NCBI GenBank assembly: GCA_017513085.1
Contig: JAFWDK010000029.1
Coordinates: forward strand, 107,275-171,274
Direction: 5' to 3'
DNA length: 64,000 nt
Origin: Clostridiales bacterium
Lineage (GTDB): Bacteria > Bacillota > Clostridia > Saccharofermentanales > Saccharofermentanaceae
Part shown: in pieces, positions 8,725-18,645 of the stretch
Layout: every line of letters begins with the position of its first letter
How positions within the stretch are numbered: the stretch's first letter is position 1
The notes under the pieces: model-generated
What the model was told of the DNA's origin: nothing
What the model saw: only the letters and a program-made list of their open reading frames with translations
The model's database searches: none
Made by a program: the position numbers and the translations under genes

Positions 8725-10143
8725 ATGAGCGAAAACAATGAAAATGTAAATAGCGGAATGCCGGCGGCTGAAAGTTCGCCGGATGAGGCGGCTTCGGCGT
8801 TTACTCCTGAGCAGGAGGCCGTCGAGACAAGATTCCTGATCGAACAGGAAGAAGCGCAGCATGCGGCACAAGCTGCTGAGCCGGTGATTGAGGCTGCGAA
8901 AGATGCGGAACCTGCATTGGAAGTGCAGCCGCAGGACCAGGAAGTGCAGAAGACAGCCCCGATGCAGGCGGCACCACATGTGAAGCCGAAGAAGACGACT
9001 ATCGGTGGTCAGGCCCTGATCGAGGGCATCATGATGTGCGGTCCGAGAAGAACGTCCATCGCAGTCAGGAAAGCGGATGGTTCTATCTATGTGGAAGAAA
9101 TAAAGAAGAGCACCAGCGAAACATTCTTCGAAAAAGTGCCTTTTGTTCGAGGATGTATCCGTTTCTTCCGTCAGTTGGTGACAGGTACCGCCGCGATGAT
9201 GAAGTCGGCAGAGATCTCCGAACAGGGCGCCCCCGCTGAGGAGAACGAGGCTTCAGAACTCCTGAATCATGAAACAGAAACGATCAAGACTGTATCGGAT
9301 GCGGCAGAAGCAGTTGCTTCCGATACGATCAAAGAGGTAAAAGAAGTCAGTGATACCGACGATATTGCCGCGACAGACGATTTGAATATTTCCGCGATCT
9401 CCGAGGAGACGGCCGGAAAGAAGAACACGGCGGGCGACATGAAGAGCGCGAAAGGCGAGAGCAAGCTGGACAAGTGGGTAAACAAACATAGCGATGGTGT
9501 TATGGTCTTTGCTGCTGTTCTCGGCCTGGCTTTCAGTATCATGCTCTTTATTCTTCTCCCGCGTCTTATCGTGGATGGTATCCTGGGTTTGTTTGCCGCA
9601 GAGCGCTCGGATTCGGTCGGACTGAATGTGGGATTGAACTTTGTGGAAGGATTCCTTCGTATCATCATCTTCCTTTTGTACCTGATCTTTACGTCAAAAA
9701 TCAAGGATATCGCGCGCGTTTGGATGTACCACGGCGCCGAGCACAAGACCATCGCCTGCTACGAGGCCGGCGAGATGCTGACTGTGGAAAACGTTAAGAA
9801 ATTCAGCCGCTTCCATCCGCGTTGCGGTACGGCTTTCCTTTTCATCGTCGTTTTGATCTCGATCCTTGTATTCTGCGTAGCAAGCGTATTTATCGGTGTC
9901 AACGTATGGTGGATCAACCTTCTGATCCGACTGGCTCTGGTGCCGCTGATCGGTGGTATATCCTTTGAGATCCTCCGCTTTACCGGCCGCCACGACCAGA
10001 ATCCCGTATGCAAGATCTTCATCGCGCCGGGACTGTGGCTGCAGAGATTTACTACCAGAGAACCGAATGACAGCATGATCGAAGTGGCGATCGCCGCGAT
10101 GTCAGCAGTTATTCCGGAAAACAGCAAAGAGGATATCTGGTGA
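8725..10143 (+). CDS. DUF1385 (YqhQ-like) membrane protein
   Basis: IGGQALIEGIMM, YHGAEHK, HPRCGT, LQRFTTREP. Confidence 0.9.
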   Translation: MSENNENVNSGMPAAESSPDEAASAFTPEQEAVETRFLIEQEEAQHAAQAAEPVIEAAKDAEPALEVQPQDQEVQKTAPMQAAPHVKPKKTTIGGQALIEGIMMCGPRRTSIAVRKADGSIYVEEIKKSTSETFFEKVPFVRGCIRFFRQLVTGTAAMMKSAEISEQGAPAEENEASELLNHETETIKTVSDAAEAVASDTIKEVKEVSDTDDIAATDDLNISAISEETAGKKNTAGDMKSAKGESKLDKWVNKHSDGVMVFAAVLGLAFSIMLFILLPRLIVDGILGLFAAERSDSVGLNVGLNFVEGFLRIIIFLLYLIFTSKIKDIARVWMYHGAEHKTIACYEAGEMLTVENVKKFSRFHPRCGTAFLFIVVLISILVFCVASVFIGVNVWWINLLIRLALVPLIGGISFEILRFTGRHDQNPVCKIFIAPGLWLQRFTTREPNDSMIEVAIAAMSAVIPENSKEDIW

Positions 10144-11084
10144 CACTTCGCGAGTATCTGCAAGAAAAAACGGAACTTCTAACTGAGTCGGCCATTCCCG
10201 ATGCGGAAAATGAAGTGTGGGTCATTCTTTTGACGTGCACAGGCCGAAGCAAGGCGGAGCTCCGTTTTTTGTTGCCTGATTCTGTGGAAGAAGCATTTCC
10301 GTCTGAGGTCCGAGTGTATTTGGAGGAGGTTTTCCGTCGTCGTGCGGGGCACGAGCCATTAGCCTATATTGTAGGACATGCGCCATTTTATGACATGGAG
10401 TTTTCTGTCGGAAAAGGCGTCCTGATCCCCCGCTTCGATAGTGAGATCCTGGTGGAAACCGCGCTGGCATGTCTGGGTTTTTCGGAATTCACGGTAGGCA
10501 TTCCATCCGAAACTCCCGTGGTTTCCTGTTGGAACAAAAAAAGCATCGAGCCGGTGGTGATCTTTGATCTCTGCACGGGATCCGGGATCCTTGGCATCAC
10601 CTTGGCACACCAGTTGGCTGCCAAACAAATACCCTGCCGGGTGACCCTGACAGAGATTTCGCAAGACGCGGCTGCTTTTGCCCAAAAGAATGTGGAAACA
10701 CTGATCGGTAAACAAAGCCGGACAGACGTCAAAGTCGAGATCGCAGACCTTTGGCCGCAAACGGCAGAGAAAGCGGATCTCATTATATCGAATCCGCCAT
10801 ACATCCCCCAAAGCCAGATGCAGGGGCTTTTGCCGGAAGTTAAAGAACATGAGCCGGCATTGGCTCTGACAGATGGAGGGGACGGGCTTTCTATGTATCG
10901 AAGGATCTTTTCCGGTGTTGGCCGCTATTTGAAGACCGGTGGGGCATTACTGCTCGAGCATGGGTTCGATCAGGCCCAGGCGGTTCGTGAACTGGCAGGA
11001 GAGCGCTGGGAGAAGATCACATGTATACAGGATTACGGGCAGCAGGACCGCGTGACATGCGGCATTTATCGTGGGGAGGCGTAA
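10140..11084 (+). CDS. prmC: Release factor glutamine methyltransferase
   Basis: EPLAYIVG, VLIPR, DLCTGSG, NPPY. Confidence 0.93.
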   Translation: MTLREYLQEKTELLTESAIPDAENEVWVILLTCTGRSKAELRFLLPDSVEEAFPSEVRVYLEEVFRRRAGHEPLAYIVGHAPFYDMEFSVGKGVLIPRFDSEILVETALACLGFSEFTVGIPSETPVVSCWNKKSIEPVVIFDLCTGSGILGITLAHQLAAKQIPCRVTLTEISQDAAAFAQKNVETLIGKQSRTDVKVEIADLWPQTAEKADLIISNPPYIPQSQMQGLLPEVKEHEPALALTDGGDGLSMYRRIFSGVGRYLKTGGALLLEHGFDQAQAVRELAGERWEKITCIQDYGQQDRVTCGIYRGEA

Positions 11085-11085
11085 G

Positions 11086-11295
11086 ATGCAAGGACAGTTC
11101 TTTTTATATCCGTATCAAGAAGGTCAGGTCGTGACCATGAAGAAGAGTCACCCGTGTGGAGGCAAAACATGGAAACTGCTGCGTGTCGGAGCCGAAGTGC
11201 TCATGGCGTGCGAGACGTGCGGACATAAGATGACCATGAAGCGAAGTGCGCTCGAAAAGGCTTGCACGAAGGTCAGCGATTCGCAGAATTCATAA
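11086..11295 (+). CDS. DUF951 family protein
   Basis: MKKSHPCGG..WKLLRVGA..CETCGH. Confidence 0.85.
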   Translation: MQGQFFLYPYQEGQVVTMKKSHPCGGKTWKLLRVGAEVLMACETCGHKMTMKRSALEKACTKVSDSQNS

Positions 11296-11422
11296 AAAAA
11301 TAAAACGCGATTTTTAAACCCCTGAAATCTCTGTGTAACAAGGAAACTTGGATTTCATGGTAAAATACATTGACGGCTATATATCCTTTGCCGGGCACAA
11401 GCGACATTAGAAGGAGAGTTCT

Positions 11423-14170
11423 ATGTACCGAAATTGCGGCATGCGCAAGAGGAATAGCATCAGTGTGTTTTTGGCACTGTGTTTGTTTTTGAGCGGCTGG
11501 CTGAACAGCCTGACCGGTCTTTCTTCCGTGCGTGCAGATGATGTGGATACCGAAGCGACGCCTGCGTATAACGCAACGGTGTATGTGTACGGAATCGGCG
11601 AATATTTGAATGTCCGAAATGTTGCCGGCACCACAAAGAGTTATGTTATTGATCAGATCTTCCGTGGCACACGTGTATATATCAATAAGTATGAGACGGT
11701 AGCGGGAGACCCGAGTGGCTGCGAAAAGTGGTGTGAAGTCATCTATAAGACGCGCGGGCAGACAGTCAGAGGTCACGTGATCGCTGATTATCTGGTGCCG
11801 GATGTGTCCTGTTCGCAGGAGTTCGAGGAAGAAATCGCGGATTTCCCGGAAAGCTATAAGCCTTACCTGCGTCTCTTGCACAGCAAATTCCCGAACTGGA
11901 AATTCGAAGCGGTAAAAGCTTCGGCCGACTGGAATACGATTATGAAGGTTGAAACCGAGCTGGGTACCAGCGCGATCCCGAACTGGGTACCGGATACCTG
12001 GAAATCCCATGAGCCCGGTGCTTACGATCCGAAAACCGGAAAGTATCACGAAGTGGACAGTGGTGGCTGGGTCAACGCTGCCTACGACGTCGTGGCCTAT
12101 TACCTGGATCCGAGAAATATGCTTTTTGATTCACAGGTCTTCCAGTTCCTGGATCTTGGCTATGATCCGAAGATCCAGACCAAAGAAGCGGTCAAGAGCA
12201 TCATCGGAAATACATTTATGAATCAGTGGGATGTTTATCGTGAGCCGACCCCGACTCCGGTTCCGGTACCGGCAGAACTCCCGGAGGTTCCGATCGAGGA
12301 TAAGGTTCCTCAGGTATCTCCGCCACCGCAACCGGATGATACAAGAGATGACAAACATCGTACCCAAGGTCATGGTTATTTTGAGGATCCATCGGCCCCG
12401 ACTCCGACAGATACTCCGACGCCGACTCCGTCACCAAGTCCGAAACCGACGTCGACTCCGTCACCGACCCCGACTCCGGATCCGCTTATTCCTGTGCCGC
12501 ATTGGCAGGCCTTGATGGAAGCGGCGGAACAGTCCGGCATCAGTCCGGTCTACCTCGCGTCGAAGATCATTCAGGAGGTCGGCAAAGAGGGCAGTGACTC
12601 GATTTTCGGTACGGGTCATAACGGGCTTTATCCCGGTTATTACAACTACTATAACATCGGCGCGTATGCGGCCGACGGATATGACGCTATGGGCCGTGGC
12701 CTGTGGTATGCATCCTGCAGCGACGGAGAAAACGAGCGCTATATGCGTCCGTGGAACACCGGCTATAAGGCTATCGTCGGTGGCGCGATCTGGCAAAGAC
12801 TCAACTACTACGATATCGGGCAGAACAGTCTTTTCCTCATGAAGTTTAACGTGACTCCGGAAGATCCGGCTCAGGTGGGACTCCATCAGTACATGACCAA
12901 TGTCCGCGCGCTGGAAAACGAGTCATATAAGATGTACCAGGCATATGGTAACATCAACAAGTTCTCTAAAGACCTTCTCTTTAAGATCCCTGTGTTTGAC
13001 GGCATGCCGGCTGAAGCGGCGCATCTTCCGCCAACGATCGGCCCGGCGCAGTATATCCGTGATATCTATAAGAGTATTCTGGGCGTGCATATCCAGGACA
13101 GCGTCGTCCGTTCCTGGTCCAATAAGATCATGTCCGACAACATGAACGCCTACACATTGGCGTACGAACTGGCCTACCACCCGAGAGTGCTTTTTAAGAA
13201 GCTGGATGACAAGGACTATATTACGTTCATCTATAAGGGTCTGATGGAAGACGAAGTGCCGAAGAATGTAGTCGATGGTTATTTGAAGAAATTCGAAGAA
13301 GGCATGACGAGATCGGAATATGTTGAAGAATTGCTCAATTCATCGGTGTTCAATCTGCGGCTGAAGAAGTACGGCATCGTCCGCAAGACGTTCAAGTGCA
13401 CGGATGCGCAGAAGCACTACGATAACGATGCGCTCTTTATCGATCGCTTGTACAGCACTGCGCTCGGACGTGAAACAGAGTATGGTGGTTTTGAATTCTG
13501 GGTCAAGAAGGTCAGAAACGAAGGAACCAGCTATTCGGCGCTTGTTGAGTTCTTCGCGCTTTCGGAAGAGGCAAAAGCAACATACAAGACGAACTCGTCG
13601 TACATCAATATGTTGTATAAGGCGATCTACGATCGTGACGCCGATGAGGGCGGTTTCGAGTACTGGATGGCATACATGGACTTTGGCATGAACCGTCAGG
13701 AAGTTCTGGAAGGTTTCCTGGGCGGACAGGAGTTCGCCAACCTTTGCAAGCGCTATGGCGGTAAGAAGGGTTCCTATAAGGCGGGCAAGGCTTCCGGTGT
13801 GGATAAATACCTGAACGTGGTGGGCGTATCTCACTTCGTAAAACGTATGTATGAGGTCGTACTTGACCGTGAGTGCGAGACGAAGGGATATTGCTACTGG
13901 GGCAACCAGATCTGCACGCATAAGCTTACCGGCGCGGATATGGCCTGGAAGTTCGTCTTCAGTACCGAGTACCTGGAGAAAAAGTCCACGGATGAAGAGT
14001 ACGTTACCATGCTTTATAAGTCCATCATGGGACGTGATCCGGAAGAGGGCGGAATGAAGTACTGGCTCGACGCAATGAAGCACGGCGCGTCACGTGAACA
14101 CATCCTGAATGAGTTCGTCAAATCCCAGGAGTATGCAGACATCTGCGCGAAGTACGGAATAGACGTCTGA
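11423..14170 (+). CDS. Secreted peptidoglycan hydrolase: SH3 + glucosaminidase-like domain + DUF4214 repeats
   Basis: LNVR SH3, YYLDPRN, YNYYNIGA, HQYMTNV; PT linker; RLY..R..G..YW repeats. Confidence 0.8.
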   Translation: MYRNCGMRKRNSISVFLALCLFLSGWLNSLTGLSSVRADDVDTEATPAYNATVYVYGIGEYLNVRNVAGTTKSYVIDQIFRGTRVYINKYETVAGDPSGCEKWCEVIYKTRGQTVRGHVIADYLVPDVSCSQEFEEEIADFPESYKPYLRLLHSKFPNWKFEAVKASADWNTIMKVETELGTSAIPNWVPDTWKSHEPGAYDPKTGKYHEVDSGGWVNAAYDVVAYYLDPRNMLFDSQVFQFLDLGYDPKIQTKEAVKSIIGNTFMNQWDVYREPTPTPVPVPAELPEVPIEDKVPQVSPPPQPDDTRDDKHRTQGHGYFEDPSAPTPTDTPTPTPSPSPKPTSTPSPTPTPDPLIPVPHWQALMEAAEQSGISPVYLASKIIQEVGKEGSDSIFGTGHNGLYPGYYNYYNIGAYAADGYDAMGRGLWYASCSDGENERYMRPWNTGYKAIVGGAIWQRLNYYDIGQNSLFLMKFNVTPEDPAQVGLHQYMTNVRALENESYKMYQAYGNINKFSKDLLFKIPVFDGMPAEAAHLPPTIGPAQYIRDIYKSILGVHIQDSVVRSWSNKIMSDNMNAYTLAYELAYHPRVLFKKLDDKDYITFIYKGLMEDEVPKNVVDGYLKKFEEGMTRSEYVEELLNSSVFNLRLKKYGIVRKTFKCTDAQKHYDNDALFIDRLYSTALGRETEYGGFEFWVKKVRNEGTSYSALVEFFALSEEAKATYKTNSSYINMLYKAIYDRDADEGGFEYWMAYMDFGMNRQEVLEGFLGGQEFANLCKRYGGKKGSYKAGKASGVDKYLNVVGVSHFVKRMYEVVLDRECETKGYCYWGNQICTHKLTGADMAWKFVFSTEYLEKKSTDEEYVTMLYKSIMGRDPEEGGMKYWLDAMKHGASREHILNEFVKSQEYADICAKYGIDV

Positions 14171-14199
14171 CGTCTCTGATGTCCGAATCTGTCAGGTGG

Positions 14200-15828
14200 T
14201 TAGCCTCGTGCTTTCTTCATGCGTGCGCAGAAATCCGCGGCGCCCTTGCAGATCAGCTTCTGGTACGAAGGATCGGAAAGAAGCCGATCGTCTTCCGGAT
14301 TGGACATGAAGCCCATCTCCAAAAGGAACGAAGGAACAGAGGTGGCCCAGTTCAGGCCGCTGTATCTCTCAGAAGCATTGCATCCACGGTATTTTGCACC
14401 CATTGCGGATGACATGGCATCGCCCAGCATATCGCCCCAGCCAACCTGTTTGTCAGCCAGTTCTCCGCGACTGCAGACAAAGACGCCGACACCGCGGGCC
14501 GAGGAGCTCTCCGCATCGTCGCAGTGCAGCCTCAGGAAGACATCGGCGTGGTTGTTTACCGCGATCTTGGCACGCTCGATATTCGAGATATTTACATCGT
14601 TTTCCGTTCTCGTCATGATGACCTTGGCACCCATGGAGGTAAGATAATCACGCATCATGAGTCCGATTTCCAGGGTTACTTCGTATTCCGGGCGGCCTGT
14701 GGCGACACCGGAGGTGCCGGCAGATACTTTGATCTTCTGTTCGTCTGACCACGGAGCCAGCGGCTCGGTCTCGTAATTGGCGTGTTTCTGGTGACCGGGA
14801 TCGATCACGATGACCATACCGGTCAGATCGTATGGTGCGTCCGGATCCGGTGTCGGAGACGGGGAGGGCTCTGGTGTAGGCTCGACTGTCGGTTCCGGTG
14901 TAGGCGTTGGCTCAGGTGTCGGAGCAGGGCGGAAGGGATCCGCGCTTCTGTCCAGCGAACCACGCTCGATGCTGTAACTCTTACAGATATTCGTAAACTC
15001 CTCAGATTCGACAAACTCACAAAGGATCTGGTAACGCGTGTTCCGGGAAATATAATCCAGCCAGAAAGCCTTGCCGTCTTCTTCCGGGTCACGATCCATC
15101 ATGGTTCGGTACAGACGTGTCAGGTATTCCTCATCAGAAAAACCGTGATCCAGGAATTCCTTACTCATGAAAAACTCGTTGGCCGCATCGCAAGCCAGAA
15201 GATCCTGGTTGGTGAGACCTAAAGCCCAGTAGAGAAGACCGGCTTCGTCCGGCTCACGGCCCAGGCAAGTGCTGTAGAGACGGGTCGCAAAGGCTTTGGC
15301 ATTTTTGGAAGGGATCTCGGCCTTGGCCGTCGGCGCACCCGGACGGATCCCGTATGTGGCGCACAGATTGCACCATTCCGTGGAATCGATAAAACCGTTG
15401 ACTGCATCGCTCTTGGTGTGGTCTTTCAAGTAATCCAGCCAGAAACCGGCTCCGCCTTCTTCGGAAGGACGGTCGAAAAACGTCAGGTACAAAGTCTCGA
15501 CAAACGCCTGATCGGAAAGATTCCGGTTCTGAAACTCTTCAGCATCGATCAGGAAGAAGCGCGCACAATCCGCACCGGTATACCCTTCCTGTGTGACTTT
15601 TTGAAGCCAGTAGGCTTTGCCCTCTTCCTCCGAATCACGATCAAGAGCGACGTGATACAGACGCTCGATAAAATCCGCAAACGAAGGCTCTTCGACCGGC
15701 GGCTCCGGATCCTGTCCTTCCTGCGCACGCGTAATTTTCTTTCCGGCCCAGGCACATACGCTCAACCCGAAAGTCAGGGCGAGAAGAAGTGACAGCAGCC
15801 GGATCTTTCTTGAATAATGTGATTTCAT
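14200..15828 (-). CDS. N-acetylmuramoyl-L-alanine amidase (Amidase_3) with N-terminal DUF4214 repeats
   Basis: IVIDPGH, LRLHCD, LLEMGFMSN; signal peptide. Confidence 0.9.
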   Translation of the reverse strand: MKSHYSRKIRLLSLLLALTFGLSVCAWAGKKITRAQEGQDPEPPVEEPSFADFIERLYHVALDRDSEEEGKAYWLQKVTQEGYTGADCARFFLIDAEEFQNRNLSDQAFVETLYLTFFDRPSEEGGAGFWLDYLKDHTKSDAVNGFIDSTEWCNLCATYGIRPGAPTAKAEIPSKNAKAFATRLYSTCLGREPDEAGLLYWALGLTNQDLLACDAANEFFMSKEFLDHGFSDEEYLTRLYRTMMDRDPEEDGKAFWLDYISRNTRYQILCEFVESEEFTNICKSYSIERGSLDRSADPFRPAPTPEPTPTPEPTVEPTPEPSPSPTPDPDAPYDLTGMVIVIDPGHQKHANYETEPLAPWSDEQKIKVSAGTSGVATGRPEYEVTLEIGLMMRDYLTSMGAKVIMTRTENDVNISNIERAKIAVNNHADVFLRLHCDDAESSSARGVGVFVCSRGELADKQVGWGDMLGDAMSSAMGAKYRGCNASERYSGLNWATSVPSFLLEMGFMSNPEDDRLLSDPSYQKLICKGAADFCARMKKARG

Positions 15829-15925
15829 ATGGAAAAGAACTCCTTGCCGTTTCTTTTTTTCTTCATTCTATCTTTTTTGTGGCCGGCGGGCAATGCGAAG
15901 AAGGGAAGACAGCGGTAAAAGCAAT

Positions 15926-15956
15926 AAAAAACCGGCTTCCTCGAAAGGAAGCCGGT
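15926..15956 (-). terminator. Intrinsic terminator of the GGGtGRT operon
   Basis: ACCGGCTTCCT/AGGAAGCCGGT stem with T run on the minus strand. Confidence 0.8.
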
Positions 15957-15985
15957 GATAAACTCGTTTCGGGAATGAAGAAGAA

Positions 15986-16984
15986 TTACTTCATGCACTC
16001 CTCAACAGCTACTGCAACAGCAACGGAAGCACCAACCATCGGGTTGTTGCCCATGCCGAGGAAGCCCATCATCTCAACGTGTGCCGGAACGGAGGAAGAA
16101 CCTGCGAACTGAGCATCGGAGTGCATACGGCCCATAGTATCTGTCATACCGTAAGAAGCCGGACCTGCAGCCATGTTATCCGGATGCAGTGTACGACCTG
16201 TACCACCACCGGAAGCAACAGAGAAGTACTTCTTGCCGGCAGCAATTCTTTCCTTCTTGTATGTGCCTGCAACAGGGTGCTGGAATCTTGTCGGGTTTGT
16301 GGAGTTACCTGTGATGGAAACGTCAACGTTCTCGCTCCAGAGGATCGCAACGCCTTCACGGACGTCGTCTGCGCCATAGCAGCGAACCTTCGCACGAGGT
16401 CCATCAGAATAAGGTGTTTCTTTAACGACCTTCAGCTCGCCTGTGTAGTAGTCGAACTGTGTCTGTACATAGGTGAAACCATTGATACGGGAAATGATGA
16501 AGGCAGCATCTTTGCCCAGACCATTGAGGATAACACGGAGAGGCTTAACACGAACTTTGTTAGCCATCTCAGCGATCTTGATCGCGCCCTCGGCAGCAGC
16601 GAAGGATTCGTGACCGGCCAGGAATGCGAAGCACTCTGTTTCTTCACGGAGAAGCATAGCAGCGAGGTTACCGTGGCCAAGACCAACCTTACGGTCATCA
16701 GCAACTGTGCCCGGGATGCAGATAGCCTGCAGGCCGATACCGATTGCCTCAGCAGCGTCAGCTGCCTTAGTGCAGCCCTTCTTAATAGCGATAGCAGCAC
16801 CTACAACATAAGCCCACTTCGCATTCTCGAAGCAGATGTTCTGTGTGCTCTCGCAGATCTTATACGGGTCAATACCCTTCTCGTCGCAGATCTTCTTTGC
16901 TTCTTCGATAGAGGAAATACCATTATCGTTCAGAGCCTTGTTGATCTGATCTATTCTTCTGTCATAGCTTTCAAACAATGCCAT
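15986..16984 (-). CDS. GGGtGRT family protein
   Basis: SVASGGGTGRTLHPDN signature. Confidence 0.95.
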   Translation of the reverse strand: MALFESYDRRIDQINKALNDNGISSIEEAKKICDEKGIDPYKICESTQNICFENAKWAYVVGAAIAIKKGCTKAADAAEAIGIGLQAICIPGTVADDRKVGLGHGNLAAMLLREETECFAFLAGHESFAAAEGAIKIAEMANKVRVKPLRVILNGLGKDAAFIISRINGFTYVQTQFDYYTGELKVVKETPYSDGPRAKVRCYGADDVREGVAILWSENVDVSITGNSTNPTRFQHPVAGTYKKERIAAGKKYFSVASGGGTGRTLHPDNMAAGPASYGMTDTMGRMHSDAQFAGSSSVPAHVEMMGFLGMGNNPMVGASVAVAVAVEECMK

Positions 16985-17004
16985 AATCTTTAATCTCCTT
17001 CCTC

Positions 17005-17697
17005 TTACTCTTTACGCGGATCGATGTAACGAGCCGCATTGTCGAATCTGCCGTATGTACCGAGGTTAGCCTGGTAAGCTTCATTGGCATCCTTACCACT
17101 CTTGATCTGATCGAGCATCGGTCCGATCTTCAGGTACTGGTAACCAATGATCTGGTCGTCAGCATCCAGAGCCAGCTTAACGATGTAACCTTCTGTGAGC
17201 TCGAGGTAACGAGGACCCTTCTCAAGAGTAGAGAAGATAGTACCTGTCTGGGAACGAAGGCCCTTACCGAGATCTTCGAGGCCGGCGCCGATAGAAAGAC
17301 CGCCCTCAGAGAAAGCAGACTGCGTACGACCGTAAACGATCTGCAGGAAAAGTTCTCTCATAGCTGTGTTGATTGCGTCGCAAACGAGGTCAGTATTCAG
17401 AGCCTCGAGGATCGTCTTGCCCGGGAGGATCTCGCCGGCCATAGCTGCGGAGTGAGTCATACCTGTGCATCCGATCGTCTCAACGAGAGCTTCCTGGATA
17501 ACACCTTCTTTAACGTTCAGGGACAGCTTACAAGTACCCTGCTGCGGTGCACACCAACCGATACCGTGTGTGTAACCGGAGATATCCTTAATTTCTTTGG
17601 CCTGTATCCACTTTCCTTCTTCAGGAATCGGAGCCGGACCGTGGTTGCAACCCTTTGCAACGCAAGTCATCTGTTCAACTTCATGTGTCTTGATCAT
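17005..17697 (-). CDS. IscU/NifU-N-like protein partnered with GGGtGRT
   Basis: GWCAPQQGTCK, ETIGC, NTDLVCDA. Confidence 0.85.
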   Translation of the reverse strand: MIKTHEVEQMTCVAKGCNHGPAPIPEEGKWIQAKEIKDISGYTHGIGWCAPQQGTCKLSLNVKEGVIQEALVETIGCTGMTHSAAMAGEILPGKTILEALNTDLVCDAINTAMRELFLQIVYGRTQSAFSEGGLSIGAGLEDLGKGLRSQTGTIFSTLEKGPRYLELTEGYIVKLALDADDQIIGYQYLKIGPMLDQIKSGKDANEAYQANLGTYGRFDNAARYIDPRKE

Positions 17698-17935
17698 GTT
17701 GAAAACCCCTTTCGAAATAATGCATGTAGCTATTGTGCACGCTTTCCGAAATGGCGCACAACAACACCTCGTACATTATACGAGAATATCTTTGAAATAA
17801 CAACCGAAAAACAGACACGGCAAGTTCTTTTTTTGTTGAAACGATAAATTAACTTTTTCTTTATTCTTTCTAGACCGTGACTTTACTCTTGGCTGTTAGG
17901 ATTACGTTGTCAGGCAAAGAGAGAAACGCTGACAA

Positions 17936-18589
17936 ATGGAGGAAGATAGAAAGATGACTATGGAAATGAAAGAAAATATGGAGACGAAGAGATCATTTGA
18001 AGGCGTAAGTGTTAATGCATTCGTAGTTACAGGATATGAACTCCTGTCAATCGGTAAGAGCCGGATCGCTAAAGCGAAATTTGAAACCATGCTGGATTTC
18101 CCGGAGGAGCAGAAGAAGGATATGATCCTTGCCGGGCAAAAAGCACTTCTCAATAATGGTGTCGTACTCGGATACCGTAAGAACAAGAAGATCGTTGCCA
18201 TGTATATCATCGATAAGAACACGGATAGTTTTGACTGCAACCGTGCATTTATTTCGGAAAACGTGAGTGCAGAGGATCAAGAGCGTATGGAATATGACAT
18301 CAAGCGTCAGATCGCACTCCTGGTTTATTCCGCACAATTCAGCAGTGGCACTTTTTTCGGACAAAAGGCTCCCGGAATAGAGAGAGAAAAAAGACCCTAT
18401 GCGCTTCCTTTGGCGTTGCTTATCTGTTTAGGCATGGGCCTGGCAATATACCCGGCTACGAAGAGCTTCCCGGTTGCCTTTTTCTTTATGCTTAGCCAGT
18501 TTGCACTATGGTTCACGATTATGAGCAACAGGCTGATCCTCAAAGATCCGGTTGAGGAGCCGGCAGACAAAGATAAAGAGAACGCGTAA
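17936..18589 (+). CDS. Hypothetical protein with two C-terminal TM helices
   Basis: 217-aa ORF with hydrophobic C-terminus. Confidence 0.7.
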   Translation: MEEDRKMTMEMKENMETKRSFEGVSVNAFVVTGYELLSIGKSRIAKAKFETMLDFPEEQKKDMILAGQKALLNNGVVLGYRKNKKIVAMYIIDKNTDSFDCNRAFISENVSAEDQERMEYDIKRQIALLVYSAQFSSGTFFGQKAPGIEREKRPYALPLALLICLGMGLAIYPATKSFPVAFFFMLSQFALWFTIMSNRLILKDPVEEPADKDKENA

Positions 18590-18645
18590 CAGGCATCGGT
18601 AAAAGAAACGCCACGTGCGCACATGACCTCCTCTCCGGGGATACC

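Noticed and set aside
10140-11295. prfA missing after prmC, and apt missing between recJ and rel
   Set aside because: Ordinary synteny variation; the genes may lie elsewhere in the genome.
12245-12485. CCGACTCCG-type repeats in cell-wall genes (also about 14850-14930 and 37270-37700)
   Set aside because: They encode Pro/Thr linkers.
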